From contig ONEG01000006.1 in the NCBI GenBank assembly GCA_900316845.1, forward strand, positions 424 to 64,423: a stretch of 64,000 nt of DNA, given 5' to 3'. The translations under genes were made by a program, and so were the position numbers. Every line of letters begins with the position of its first letter. Within the stretch, counting starts at the first letter, position 1. Below are positions 35,682-44,697 of this stretch, one piece after another. The DNA comes from an uncultured Bacteroidales bacterium. GTDB taxonomy: Bacteria; Bacteroidota; Bacteroidia; Bacteroidales; Paludibacteraceae. The notes under the pieces are model-generated. The model made no database searches. It saw only the letters and a list, made by a program, of their open reading frames with translations, and was not told the DNA's origin.

Positions 35682-37973
35682 TTATTTCATTATATGCAAG
35701 GATTGCAATTTCTCTATTATCGCCTCATCAGCCAACACTTGTTGAGAGCAGTTTTTATCTGAGTATAAATATTTTCCCCCATTAGTAAGACCTATACAAA
35801 TATTATTAGTAGAAATTGATAGAGTATTAGAGTTGCCATTCTCTGGATACCAATCTAATATAATTGCTTTGTCTTGATCTATTTGCGACCACAAATATGC
35901 CAAGAATATTTCCCGATGTTGAGTATCTGATTGTAGTTTCTGACGAAGGAACATATGTTCTGTATTCGTATCATACCAAAGTTTCGAGTTGGATGCAAAC
36001 TCAAGTATTGATGGATTTCGAACTATATGTTTTCTCCAATCTTGAGGTTCAAATCGTTTTCTTAATTCTTCAAAAAGTTCATCAAATGTAACACAATCTG
36101 CAAATTCTGCATACCACAAATCTATGAGTTTCTTAATAACTTCTCCATAACTTGATTCCTGTGAGCGAAGGAAATTTTTGAAACTGCGGTCGCGATTGAA
36201 ATAATTTTCGCACAAATATAAATCTTCGGCACTCTTTTTCCAGTTTCCATAATTTTCCACACATAGCAAAGCCGCCCTTAATTTATATTCGTCAGAGATA
36301 GGAAATATTTTTTGAAGTTTCTCTGCATATGACTTAAATAATGCGAAAACAGGTTTTCCACTCGGTTGCATTGACCATTGAAGTGGAGCTATAATCTGCC
36401 CCCATAGATATGTATTATTTTCCAAATTTTCAATTTCTTCAAGCCAATTAGAGTCTGCCAATTGAACACTGGATTTAATTCGTTCTTCTTCTAACGACAC
36501 ATTGGCCAATCCCGAAATATTATCTAAATTGGATAAGAATTCACGCATGGAACTATTTTGAGTTCTATACTTTTTCCAGATATTTTCTATAGCCTCAATA
36601 GCTTTTCTTTCCTTTTCTGATTTATCAATTTGTTGCTGCGTGTTTCTTAACAAAACTGTATTACGGATAAAACGCATCCAATCATTAAATTCTTTAATAA
36701 GTTCATCCTTATTTAAAAGTTCTGTAGCAGAATACGTGCGCAAAAACAATATCATTGCAAAAAAGGCAACTTGTAAATCTTTTTCTGGATCTTTAAGATA
36801 TTCATCCCATAAAGACTTCTCCGGTAGCCATAGTATATTTAAAAAATCAGAAGCATTATGTATTTGCCCACCGTCAATGTAAAACAAGTTGTTGATATCT
36901 GTGATTAAACTTTCAAAATCAAGTTTCTCTGGAAAATTCACTTTGCGCTCAATAGTTCTTCGTTTCCATGCCAAATCACAATACATGGGTAAAACATTTT
37001 CAAAATCTAACTGCTTACCAATCATCCATAGTTCATAATCAACATCAACTCGGTTATAGAATTGAACACATATTATCCGTTGAATGAGTCGTTTTAACTG
37101 CATTTCAACTTTTCCCTCTACATCGTCATATGCTATATTTGGAATATCATTGATGTTTTTGTCTTTGCAATAATTCTGCCAAAAATAATTTATCCAAAGA
37201 CCATCTATTTGCGTTCTCCATTGCTTTTCTGTCTCACTTCCAGATAGACCTTGTATTTGCATTTCCTCTTCTAGCACCGATTTCATGATGTCAAAAGATG
37301 ATAATTGCTTTCCACGTGCATTCATCTTGACATATAATTCATCTCCCATATCAAACTCATCTAGATTAAGTAGATGAAATGATATGTTCTTCAAATTCTC
37401 ATAATGAGGGTCTTGATACTTGTTTTGGATTATTAAATTGTCAATTTCTTCAATAACCACCAACATTGATAATATACTTGGATCATACCGCCACTGCCAT
37501 TTAAACCACCCCTCCTTCATAAGGAAGAGTGATAAGGGCAACTCCTCTTTCTGTTTACAATAAGCACTCTTTTTTTTACATATTTCACTGGCGGAATGAC
37601 AAACTAACTCGTTGCAAAAATCAATAGTTGATTGTCTTGTTGCATATGAAAGAACTGCTTTTCCGTTCAATATCAAATCATTTTTAAAATTTTCAGGACA
37701 AAAAAACCAGTGCAATAAGAATAACGTGGTTAATCGTTGTTGACCATCAAGAGGTTCAAATGCGCCGTCTCTGTCATAACCATACACAAAATCCAAATGC
37801 AATCTATCTCCAGAAGGCGAATAAATCACTTTTAGTAAATCATTTAAAAATAATCTGCGAATCTCATTAACGCGAGTGGTTCTTCTGCCTTCGGCATAAT
37901 CTCGTTGGATTCCTGGGACTCTAATCATTTTATTCTTACACAAAGTAAGAAAGTTTTTTTCAAAAGTAACCAT
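35682..37973 (-). CDS. DUF262 (ParB/GmrS-like NTPase) protein with a long C-terminal region and no recognisable His-Me finger
   Basis: Contains IRVPGIQRDYAEG, LDGQQRLTTLFLL and MNARGKQLSSFDIMK. Its ATG overlaps the upstream stop (TAATG). Confidence 0.8.
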   Translation of the reverse strand: MVTFEKNFLTLCKNKMIRVPGIQRDYAEGRRTTRVNEIRRLFLNDLLKVIYSPSGDRLHLDFVYGYDRDGAFEPLDGQQRLTTLFLLHWFFCPENFKNDLILNGKAVLSYATRQSTIDFCNELVCHSASEICKKKSAYCKQKEELPLSLFLMKEGWFKWQWRYDPSILSMLVVIEEIDNLIIQNKYQDPHYENLKNISFHLLNLDEFDMGDELYVKMNARGKQLSSFDIMKSVLEEEMQIQGLSGSETEKQWRTQIDGLWINYFWQNYCKDKNINDIPNIAYDDVEGKVEMQLKRLIQRIICVQFYNRVDVDYELWMIGKQLDFENVLPMYCDLAWKRRTIERKVNFPEKLDFESLITDINNLFYIDGGQIHNASDFLNILWLPEKSLWDEYLKDPEKDLQVAFFAMILFLRTYSATELLNKDELIKEFNDWMRFIRNTVLLRNTQQQIDKSEKERKAIEAIENIWKKYRTQNSSMREFLSNLDNISGLANVSLEEERIKSSVQLADSNWLEEIENLENNTYLWGQIIAPLQWSMQPSGKPVFALFKSYAEKLQKIFPISDEYKLRAALLCVENYGNWKKSAEDLYLCENYFNRDRSFKNFLRSQESSYGEVIKKLIDLWYAEFADCVTFDELFEELRKRFEPQDWRKHIVRNPSILEFASNSKLWYDTNTEHMFLRQKLQSDTQHREIFLAYLWSQIDQDKAIILDWYPENGNSNTLSISTNNICIGLTNGGKYLYSDKNCSQQVLADEAIIEKLQSLHIMK

Positions 37974-39775
37974 TATAGATAGAATTTAAGGGTTTCAAAT
38001 AATTGTTCCTTATATGCTTGCCTATCAGTTTCATTCCACCGTATTATATCTAATTGGGAAGAACCCCTTTTAGCGCCCGTGTAGTATTTTAAAAACAAAT
38101 TACGAGTACATAGTGGAATAAATACACCGTTTTTATCATTTTGAATAATTATTGAGCGTTTACATGAGAAAGGTGCATTTTTATAACTACGATTAATACC
38201 ACAATTTAATAATGCCAAATTATCTATTGTATCTTTTTCTTCTCCAATAATATTGCTGTTATAGTATTTATATACTGCATCATAGAAATCCTTGAATACG
38301 TTATTTGAATCCTGATTCTCGGTTTTAAATTTATCGAGCAATTCTTTTCCTTGTTTCATTAACTGCTTAGCTTGTTCCATTGGATCGTATTGCAATTGCT
38401 CTATTACCAAATTTATCCATTCAATTTTATGTTTCAACTCTTGCATATTATTATCTTTCTGGGAGTCGACATGCTCCACATCCCATTCCTTCTTCTTAAA
38501 CTGTTCAAATGGAAATTTAAGATTGGATTTATTATACGACTCTATATTAAACAATAAAAGCATTTCTCTTATTTTGCTTAAATCAGTAGAATATTCCCAT
38601 TCCTCAAAAGGACGTTTCGTTTCTATACAATATTTAGAGCAATTTATTTTGCTTTTTATTAATTCTTGTAAAGATTTTATTAATAGATCTTCATCCATTT
38701 GAACTGCAGTTTTGTATACGCCTGCCTTAATATGTTGGGGCAACATTCCTTTCCATACTAAATATCCTACGTAATTATAGATACGGTTATCTTCATACCA
38801 ACGAAGAAACATATCATAAACTTTTTTTACTTCTTCCCATATATGCTCAAAACTATTAGAGGCGTTATCATATTTCTTTTGAAAAAATCTATATGCCTCC
38901 AGAGGGTCAGTCTTTTGATAATCAACATCAGCCACATAATCAAATAACACATCCATCCGAGTTCCTACATTTTCTCTTCTGTCACTAATAAAATACCAAA
39001 AATCATCTTTCTCAAATTGCTTCTCCATTATGTCCCATTCCATACTGAATCTATCCACATTTAATTGATTGTTATTAGGAGTTGTGGATTTAAATTTAAT
39101 ATAGAAAAGTGCTTTTATAAGTTCAGAACTAGTTAATGAAATCTTACCCTTGTTAAGTCGGTTGAAAACTTTGATTGCACTCAGATCTGAAACTATGGCA
39201 TCTTTATTTTCCTCTGAAACCACATACCATATAAACTTTACTTTTTTCTCATTGTCTCTATAAAATAATGCCTCTGCCATATTCCGTAAGGCGCGTTTAT
39301 AATCTTTTTTCTCTTCGCACCATTGAATAATCTTTTGTTGTGCTTTCATTAGATAGAAACTATCTATATTATCAAAGGGGCACAATGAATCAAAGTTAGG
39401 CGTAACACGTTCTATATAATTGACGGTATATAACTGGAAGTCCTCTGCCTCTTCTTTATTAAAACGTTTGATAAATTGTTTTAAAATCAACAACATTGTG
39501 GTAAGACGTTGTTGTCCGTCTAATACTTCCCATTCATTTTTATTTTGCCCTCTACGCACAACTAATGGCTGAAGGAAATATGATTCTTCTTTGTTATCTT
39601 GAGATACAAAATTATAAATATCATCTAACATATCAATAACATGTTTTTCTTCCCATCTATATCCTCTTTGAAAAGAGGGTATTTGGAAGACATAAGGTGC
39701 CTGTTGACCTTGCAATAGAAATGCTACTGGCAGTGTATCAAAGTCCTGTAGCGTGTCTTTTAATAAATCATTCAT
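37973..39775 (-). CDS. GmrSD-family DUF262 + DUF1524 (HNH/His-Me finger) protein
   Basis: Contains IPSFQRGYRWE, LDGQQRLTTMLLIL and FNRLNKGKISLTSSELIK. The C-terminal nuclease motifs are WDVEHVDSQ and IDNLALLNCGINRSYKN. Confidence 0.85.
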   Translation of the reverse strand: MNDLLKDTLQDFDTLPVAFLLQGQQAPYVFQIPSFQRGYRWEEKHVIDMLDDIYNFVSQDNKEESYFLQPLVVRRGQNKNEWEVLDGQQRLTTMLLILKQFIKRFNKEEAEDFQLYTVNYIERVTPNFDSLCPFDNIDSFYLMKAQQKIIQWCEEKKDYKRALRNMAEALFYRDNEKKVKFIWYVVSEENKDAIVSDLSAIKVFNRLNKGKISLTSSELIKALFYIKFKSTTPNNNQLNVDRFSMEWDIMEKQFEKDDFWYFISDRRENVGTRMDVLFDYVADVDYQKTDPLEAYRFFQKKYDNASNSFEHIWEEVKKVYDMFLRWYEDNRIYNYVGYLVWKGMLPQHIKAGVYKTAVQMDEDLLIKSLQELIKSKINCSKYCIETKRPFEEWEYSTDLSKIREMLLLFNIESYNKSNLKFPFEQFKKKEWDVEHVDSQKDNNMQELKHKIEWINLVIEQLQYDPMEQAKQLMKQGKELLDKFKTENQDSNNVFKDFYDAVYKYYNSNIIGEEKDTIDNLALLNCGINRSYKNAPFSCKRSIIIQNDKNGVFIPLCTRNLFLKYYTGAKRGSSQLDIIRWNETDRQAYKEQLFETLKFYL

Positions 39776-39886
39776 ATAAATATTTTTTTAAGTTCTAATA
39801 TAATTTAGAACCTCAGTTAATAACATTCCGATTCGCAACTGCTCATACATATTTCTTTCTCGTCAAAAGAGACACGAATGAGGGCT

Positions 39887-41251
39887 CTAATGTGTTCTGT
39901 TTCCATTCTTATCTATGGTATATTCCTCACCATCTTTCTGAACCCTATATGTTCCATCACTATTTTTTTTAATCTCCTTATATATAAGCGGTACTTGTTC
40001 TTTCCCTTGTTTATTTACAAGACCACATTGACCTGACTGAGAACCGCTTTCTACTAAAAACAATCCATTCTCATCACAAAAACAAACGTGTCCATACTTA
40101 AAGGGAACTATTACATGCAGCTGTTTATCAACTACCCCCCATTTGTCGTTTCTACGTATAAGATATAAACCATCAAGACCTTGTCTAAGACATGGAGTAT
40201 TATCTTTCCTCAAAATGGGGATACCATTACTTCCTTGTTTATAAGTCTTGTTCTTTGGCGACACAATCACATTTATTGTTTCGGATATATAAGCGAGATC
40301 GTAAACTCTATAACAACCATCAGAGAGTTCATCACATCTAAATCTATCTGCGAAGTATATATTTTGGGGATTAGCTCCATATCGGCGACAGATTTCCATC
40401 TGATCTATTCCCGTCCAATCACCATCCAAACCTAAGGTATCTGTTTGTTTGTCATAGAAGTAAGACAAATTATGCCACTGAGGAAAAATATTCTTTCCTC
40501 CCAATACTATCGGGTTTGAGGCCAAACTTTGTGGTAAAGATATAGGATTGTTTTTCCACGATGGAATGACATAATCTGCCAGTTGAATCTTATACGATTG
40601 CAAGTAGTCACGCAATGTTGCATCTCCTTGCAAATATTGATCCATCAACTTGGCGCCATATTTATAGCACGTCTGTTTAATACTCACATCGTTATATGCC
40701 CAATCATAGTAACTACTTTTAGTTTCTTTCAAATAGAGAAGCATTCCGAACTCTGCTAATGGTTCTTCTACAAATAGAACGTATGGATACTTTTCGTGCC
40801 CGGAACGATTGAAATAGGCATGCATCGTCTCATGAGCAAACGTAGAGACAAGTAATTCGTCCATATGTTTACCACCATACTCTTGCCGCATTTCTTCAGG
40901 GAAAAGTTTTATTTGATTTTTCTTCGGATCATACAAGCCACGAAGCCGCATTGTCCGCCATGCTTCTATATTTTGACTTATTATATCAAGATTTCGTTCG
41001 GCCTGATTTCGTTCTTCCATGTAAACATCAGCTTGCTTTTTTTTCGCATTCCAATAGTCCTGCGCTTCTTCTAACTCACGTGGTATAGATCTTGTGATAA
41101 TACCCGGCTCAATTATGACATCTACCTTTAACTTTGTTAAAATATTATCTATCGATCCAATCGTGTCAAGATAAAAAGGAACTGCGGCACATTGCTTAAG
41201 CAAATCTAACTGTTGCTGTGATAATAATGAGTGGTCATCAATAATTGTCAT
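39887..41251 (-). CDS. HExxH metallopeptidase-like (ImmA/IrrE-like spacing) protein with C-terminal WG repeats
   Basis: Contains FAHETMHAYF followed ~17 aa later by EEPLAEFG. The C-terminal repeats are NDKWGVVDKQLHVIVPFKY and GLVNKQGKEQVPLIYKEI. Confidence 0.6.
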   Translation of the reverse strand: MTIIDDHSLLSQQQLDLLKQCAAVPFYLDTIGSIDNILTKLKVDVIIEPGIITRSIPRELEEAQDYWNAKKKQADVYMEERNQAERNLDIISQNIEAWRTMRLRGLYDPKKNQIKLFPEEMRQEYGGKHMDELLVSTFAHETMHAYFNRSGHEKYPYVLFVEEPLAEFGMLLYLKETKSSYYDWAYNDVSIKQTCYKYGAKLMDQYLQGDATLRDYLQSYKIQLADYVIPSWKNNPISLPQSLASNPIVLGGKNIFPQWHNLSYFYDKQTDTLGLDGDWTGIDQMEICRRYGANPQNIYFADRFRCDELSDGCYRVYDLAYISETINVIVSPKNKTYKQGSNGIPILRKDNTPCLRQGLDGLYLIRRNDKWGVVDKQLHVIVPFKYGHVCFCDENGLFLVESGSQSGQCGLVNKQGKEQVPLIYKEIKKNSDGTYRVQKDGEEYTIDKNGNRTH

Positions 41252-41352
41252 AAATGTTTTAGATTTTTAAAGTTGCACTTACTCTTTTCCGGATTGCCTT
41301 GTCTCACTCACGTTCGAACGAATGCGGCATCATCCAATATATTGTGAGTTTA

Positions 41353-41823
41353 TTATTTTTTGACCATTTGCCATTCTCCTTCTTCATCCGAAAATAGCGG
41401 ATAGTATTGTTCCGCCTCTTCAAGAGGCATGGCTTTGTCTAAATTTTTGACGATAGATTTATATAGATCTAAAAAATTAAGATCGCAATATAGGTACGCA
41501 TCTTTTCCCTTACTATCTTTGTAACAAAGAGGTTGGAATTTATCATCTGGACTTGGTTCATTCCACTCCGCATAAGATTTTAGTTGTATGGTTCCATCAA
41601 AAGCGCCTACAGCCCATATCACGTGGTCTTCCGTATAGAGTACATCTTCACTCTCCGGAGCAAATAAGATGCAGTTTCCTTTTGGATTCTTACTCAAGAT
41701 TTCGTAACACTCGGCTAATGCTTGCAAGCCGATTGCATTAATTTGAGATTTAATCTCCTTTATCTGCGCATAAAGGGGTGTTACCATTTCTTCGAATTTG
41801 TTCGGATTCAGTTTTGTTTCCAT
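41353..41823 (-). CDS. hypothetical protein (156 aa)
   Basis: ORF co-directional with its neighbours. No motif recognised. Confidence 0.5.
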   Translation of the reverse strand: METKLNPNKFEEMVTPLYAQIKEIKSQINAIGLQALAECYEILSKNPKGNCILFAPESEDVLYTEDHVIWAVGAFDGTIQLKSYAEWNEPSPDDKFQPLCYKDSKGKDAYLYCDLNFLDLYKSIVKNLDKAMPLEEAEQYYPLFSDEEGEWQMVKK

Positions 41824-41910
41824 ACTATTATAGTTTTAAAGTTTTACCTAATCTTATATTGATTTTCTCATCTCGCAATGCAAGAACGATTACACGGCTT
41901 TCTCCAATTA

Positions 41911-42249
41911 TTATTCGATTATTAAAAGGAAGTGATACCCCTGTATTTCGATACAATAATTGTATTCTACATCCTCATATTCCATTTCGTCTTCTACTTC
42001 AAATGCCTCTTGAACTATCCATTTTCCTGATTGTAACGGATAGTAGGCACCGCCATAAACGATAGCCAATTCTCCCTGTTCGTTTTCATGGAGTTCGCCA
42101 TCGACCACCACGTTTTCATACGTGTTAGAAATTTGTTTATGCAATTCAGGATTGTCTGCGCGTAAAGCCATTATGGCGTCCTGCTCAATTGCACCTCCTA
42201 TGCAAATAACAAATTTTGAGGATTTTTTCCAAGATGATTTACCATTCAT
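41911..42249 (-). CDS. hypothetical acidic protein (112 aa)
   Basis: First ORF downstream of cassette promoter copy C. Confidence 0.5.
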   Translation of the reverse strand: MNGKSSWKKSSKFVICIGGAIEQDAIMALRADNPELHKQISNTYENVVVDGELHENEQGELAIVYGGAYYPLQSGKWIVQEAFEVEDEMEYEDVEYNYCIEIQGYHFLLIIE

Positions 42250-42280
42250 AAATTTTCTCGTTTAAAATTTTAGTATTCAC

Positions 42281-42360
42281 GCTGCAAAGATAATACTTTA
42301 TTTTCAAATTAAAAAATAGAAGTTATTCTTTTTTTCATTTTGCCATAATTAGCCATAAAG
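42281..42360. repeat. cassette junction/promoter element, copy C
   Basis: Reads gctgcaaagataatactttattttcaaattaaaaaatagaagttattctttttttcattttgccataattagccataaag. By hand alignment it is about 87% identical to copy B. The -7 TATCTTTG is the complement of 42285..42292. Confidence 0.9.
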
Positions 42361-42421
42361 TTTTACTTACTTGCTTACGAGCGACATACGACTCACATAC
42401 GAGACGATAGCGACAAACTAT

Positions 42422-44155
42422 TTATACCAGACACAGTGCTTGTTTTAATAATTGCTTGCGTGCATCAACAAAAGTTCCGAAATCTGCAATATCAATAGAT
42501 AACTTCTTGAAGAAATGATCTTGGGGATATTTGATTTGATCTGCCGGAGTTGCATTGTTTAGCCAATCTTTCAAAGGTTTCTTATTCTTGGAGCGATTGG
42601 TATCATTATCCAATAATTCGAGATTTGCAACGGTGTCATACGTAATTCCGTCGTTCGCAACATTTGCATCGTTAGGAGTATTAAAACTAATTGTACTTAA
42701 TGTTGCAGGAGTAAATGTTGCTTTGGGATGCATATGATCCACATCGTATGCCTGTCCTGCCACCGGAGTCATACACAACCCGCTTGATGCGCCCAAGGCA
42801 TAAATGATATTCAAAACAGGGAACGCGTTCTGTTTCCTGGTTGCTAAAAAATTATCAACATCTGCGTTTGTAATGATTAGTTTAGTATACGTACTTTCAA
42901 TTTCATTATAAGGGAAGTGGTTGTTTGAGGAAGAAGTATTTATGATATCTCTTATATTCTTCAAAATCTCATCCGTCCCTGCTTCATATAAGTTTTTGAG
43001 AATGGCACGATACAGATATTTTCTCATGTCTATATATACGCCACTCATCGCGTTTGTTGATTGGATGGCTGTATGTGAAAGTTTATGCTTGTATATATAA
43101 TAGACCAGAGGAATAACTGCTAATTTTGTAGTCAAGCCTTTTTCTAACAGATGAAAATCAGCCACCAAGTCAAATGCTTTTTCCACACTATCCATTATCA
43201 GTTGGCTATTCATATATATGGATTGCGGGATATTGGGTGTAGTGGCAGTTGCCATAAAATCGGATGGTTGTACACTAAGGGTATTGCCAAATAACATCAA
43301 GAACATCTTGAATACCCAATCTTTATCCACCTCATAGTTCTTTTTTTCCACTAAATCGATTATATCTCCCACATAATCCCGTGCACTAATCGTATAACCA
43401 TTATTTGCCCAACTAACTGTAAGGGCAGACATTAACAGATCACCTTTCTTAAGGACATATCCGCCACTATTAGTACGAACAAAGATTTCCAACACATCAT
43501 CTATATTATTGCTGTTTATCTCGTAATAATTGATCACTGCATTGTTATTTACCAATGCCCACAACAGTTGAATGGAGGTTTGCGCATATTCATTATCTTG
43601 TAATCCTAACTTATTTAATGTGTTTATCATATTAGACCCAGAAAGAATATCTTTCACTTTGAACCATATTTCACCGTTCTTTTGATTGCTCGCCAGTTTG
43701 GTGGGCGTTAAGAATTGAAAATCATATTTCAATTCAGAATTCGTTCGTGGTTTATCTAAACGAAGATATAATTCCGCAGCTTGCTTTCCAGATGGCGTTT
43801 TGTAGGAACCGTATAAACCGATCCATAAACTAGTTAAACGCTGCTGACCGTCTATCACTATCTCATATGATTCATTTGGTATTGCAGCTTTATGATTGAA
43901 TATAGGATTAGGAGTTCCGCTTATATGGTTTGCCGGTAAGAATTGATAAAAAGCTATCGGTTGATTAGGAAGATTATTCGTGTTCCAAAACATCATGGTA
44001 TTTATTGGATAGTCCTGCATCAAACTATCAAACAATTCGCATATATCTCTTGTTTTCCAAACAAATTCGCGCTGCAGAGCAGGGAGGAGAAGTTTATTAG
44101 AAGGTATCTTGCTTAAAACTCCGGTAATTGAATTGCTTAAAATTCTAGGTGTCAT
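42422..44155 (-). CDS. GmrSD-family DUF262 + DUF1524 protein (third DUF262 paralogue)
   Basis: Contains LPALQREFVWK, IDGQQRLTSLWIGL and VRTNSGGYVLKKGDLL. The C-terminal motifs are YDVDHMHPKA and LELLDNDTNRSKN. Confidence 0.85.
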   Translation of the reverse strand: MTPRILSNSITGVLSKIPSNKLLLPALQREFVWKTRDICELFDSLMQDYPINTMMFWNTNNLPNQPIAFYQFLPANHISGTPNPIFNHKAAIPNESYEIVIDGQQRLTSLWIGLYGSYKTPSGKQAAELYLRLDKPRTNSELKYDFQFLTPTKLASNQKNGEIWFKVKDILSGSNMINTLNKLGLQDNEYAQTSIQLLWALVNNNAVINYYEINSNNIDDVLEIFVRTNSGGYVLKKGDLLMSALTVSWANNGYTISARDYVGDIIDLVEKKNYEVDKDWVFKMFLMLFGNTLSVQPSDFMATATTPNIPQSIYMNSQLIMDSVEKAFDLVADFHLLEKGLTTKLAVIPLVYYIYKHKLSHTAIQSTNAMSGVYIDMRKYLYRAILKNLYEAGTDEILKNIRDIINTSSSNNHFPYNEIESTYTKLIITNADVDNFLATRKQNAFPVLNIIYALGASSGLCMTPVAGQAYDVDHMHPKATFTPATLSTISFNTPNDANVANDGITYDTVANLELLDNDTNRSKNKKPLKDWLNNATPADQIKYPQDHFFKKLSIDIADFGTFVDARKQLLKQALCLV

Positions 44156-44265
44156 AATATTATTATTATTTATAAAAGTTTTGCCTACTCTTTTTCGGAT
44201 TTTCGGCTTCCTCCATTAATTGTATTTTTAGGTTGTTTCTGCATCTATATAGTCAAAATCAGACT

Positions 44266-44335
44266 GGCGAGACACTAACGAGAGAGAATCGAGTCGAGAG
44301 TATTTCGAGGGTTTATCGAGGGTATATCGAGAGCA
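44266..44335. repeat. degenerate CGAG-rich tandem repeats in the long leader of the 42422..44155 gene
   Basis: Reads ggcgagacactaacgagagagaatcgagtcgagagtatttcgagggtttatcgagggtatatcgagagc. Confidence 0.7.
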
Positions 44336-44697
44336 TAACATATCCTACTGCACCCTATATATACATAGTATATATCCCGTGATTTTTAATTTTTCTCCTT
44401 CATTCGTAAATAAAAGATCTCTTTTGTTCCGACCATTCTTTCCAAATCCGCTGCAAAGATACAACAAATTTTGCATATTTGCAAGCGTTCGGAGATTTTT
44501 TGGGGCAGAATAGAATAAAATTCTATCTATTTTATGTGGATATAGGGGGTCATGCTCGCATGAAGCGGTCTATAACCACATAAAAGAGGAAGCCTTCTGG
44601 CTCGGCAAAAAAATCGCCGCCGCACAATATATTCCGCAAAATGCGAACGTATTTTCGGTGGGTGACCCTGCTATATCTCATATAGTCCAAAGGCTTG

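Noticed and set aside
41298-41315. The CACGTTCGAACG palindrome as an invertase (Mpi-type) recognition repeat marking an invertible promoter
   Set aside because: Only one copy is present, with no inverted partner flanking a promoter within a few hundred bp. It fits better as part of the ACGA-rich debris seen next to other cassette junctions.
44533-44541. TGTGGATAT, which is one mismatch from the DnaA box complement TGTGGATAA
   Set aside because: It is an isolated single site inside the accessory island, far from dnaA, and it forms part of an 8-bp inverted repeat. A chance match is the most likely explanation.
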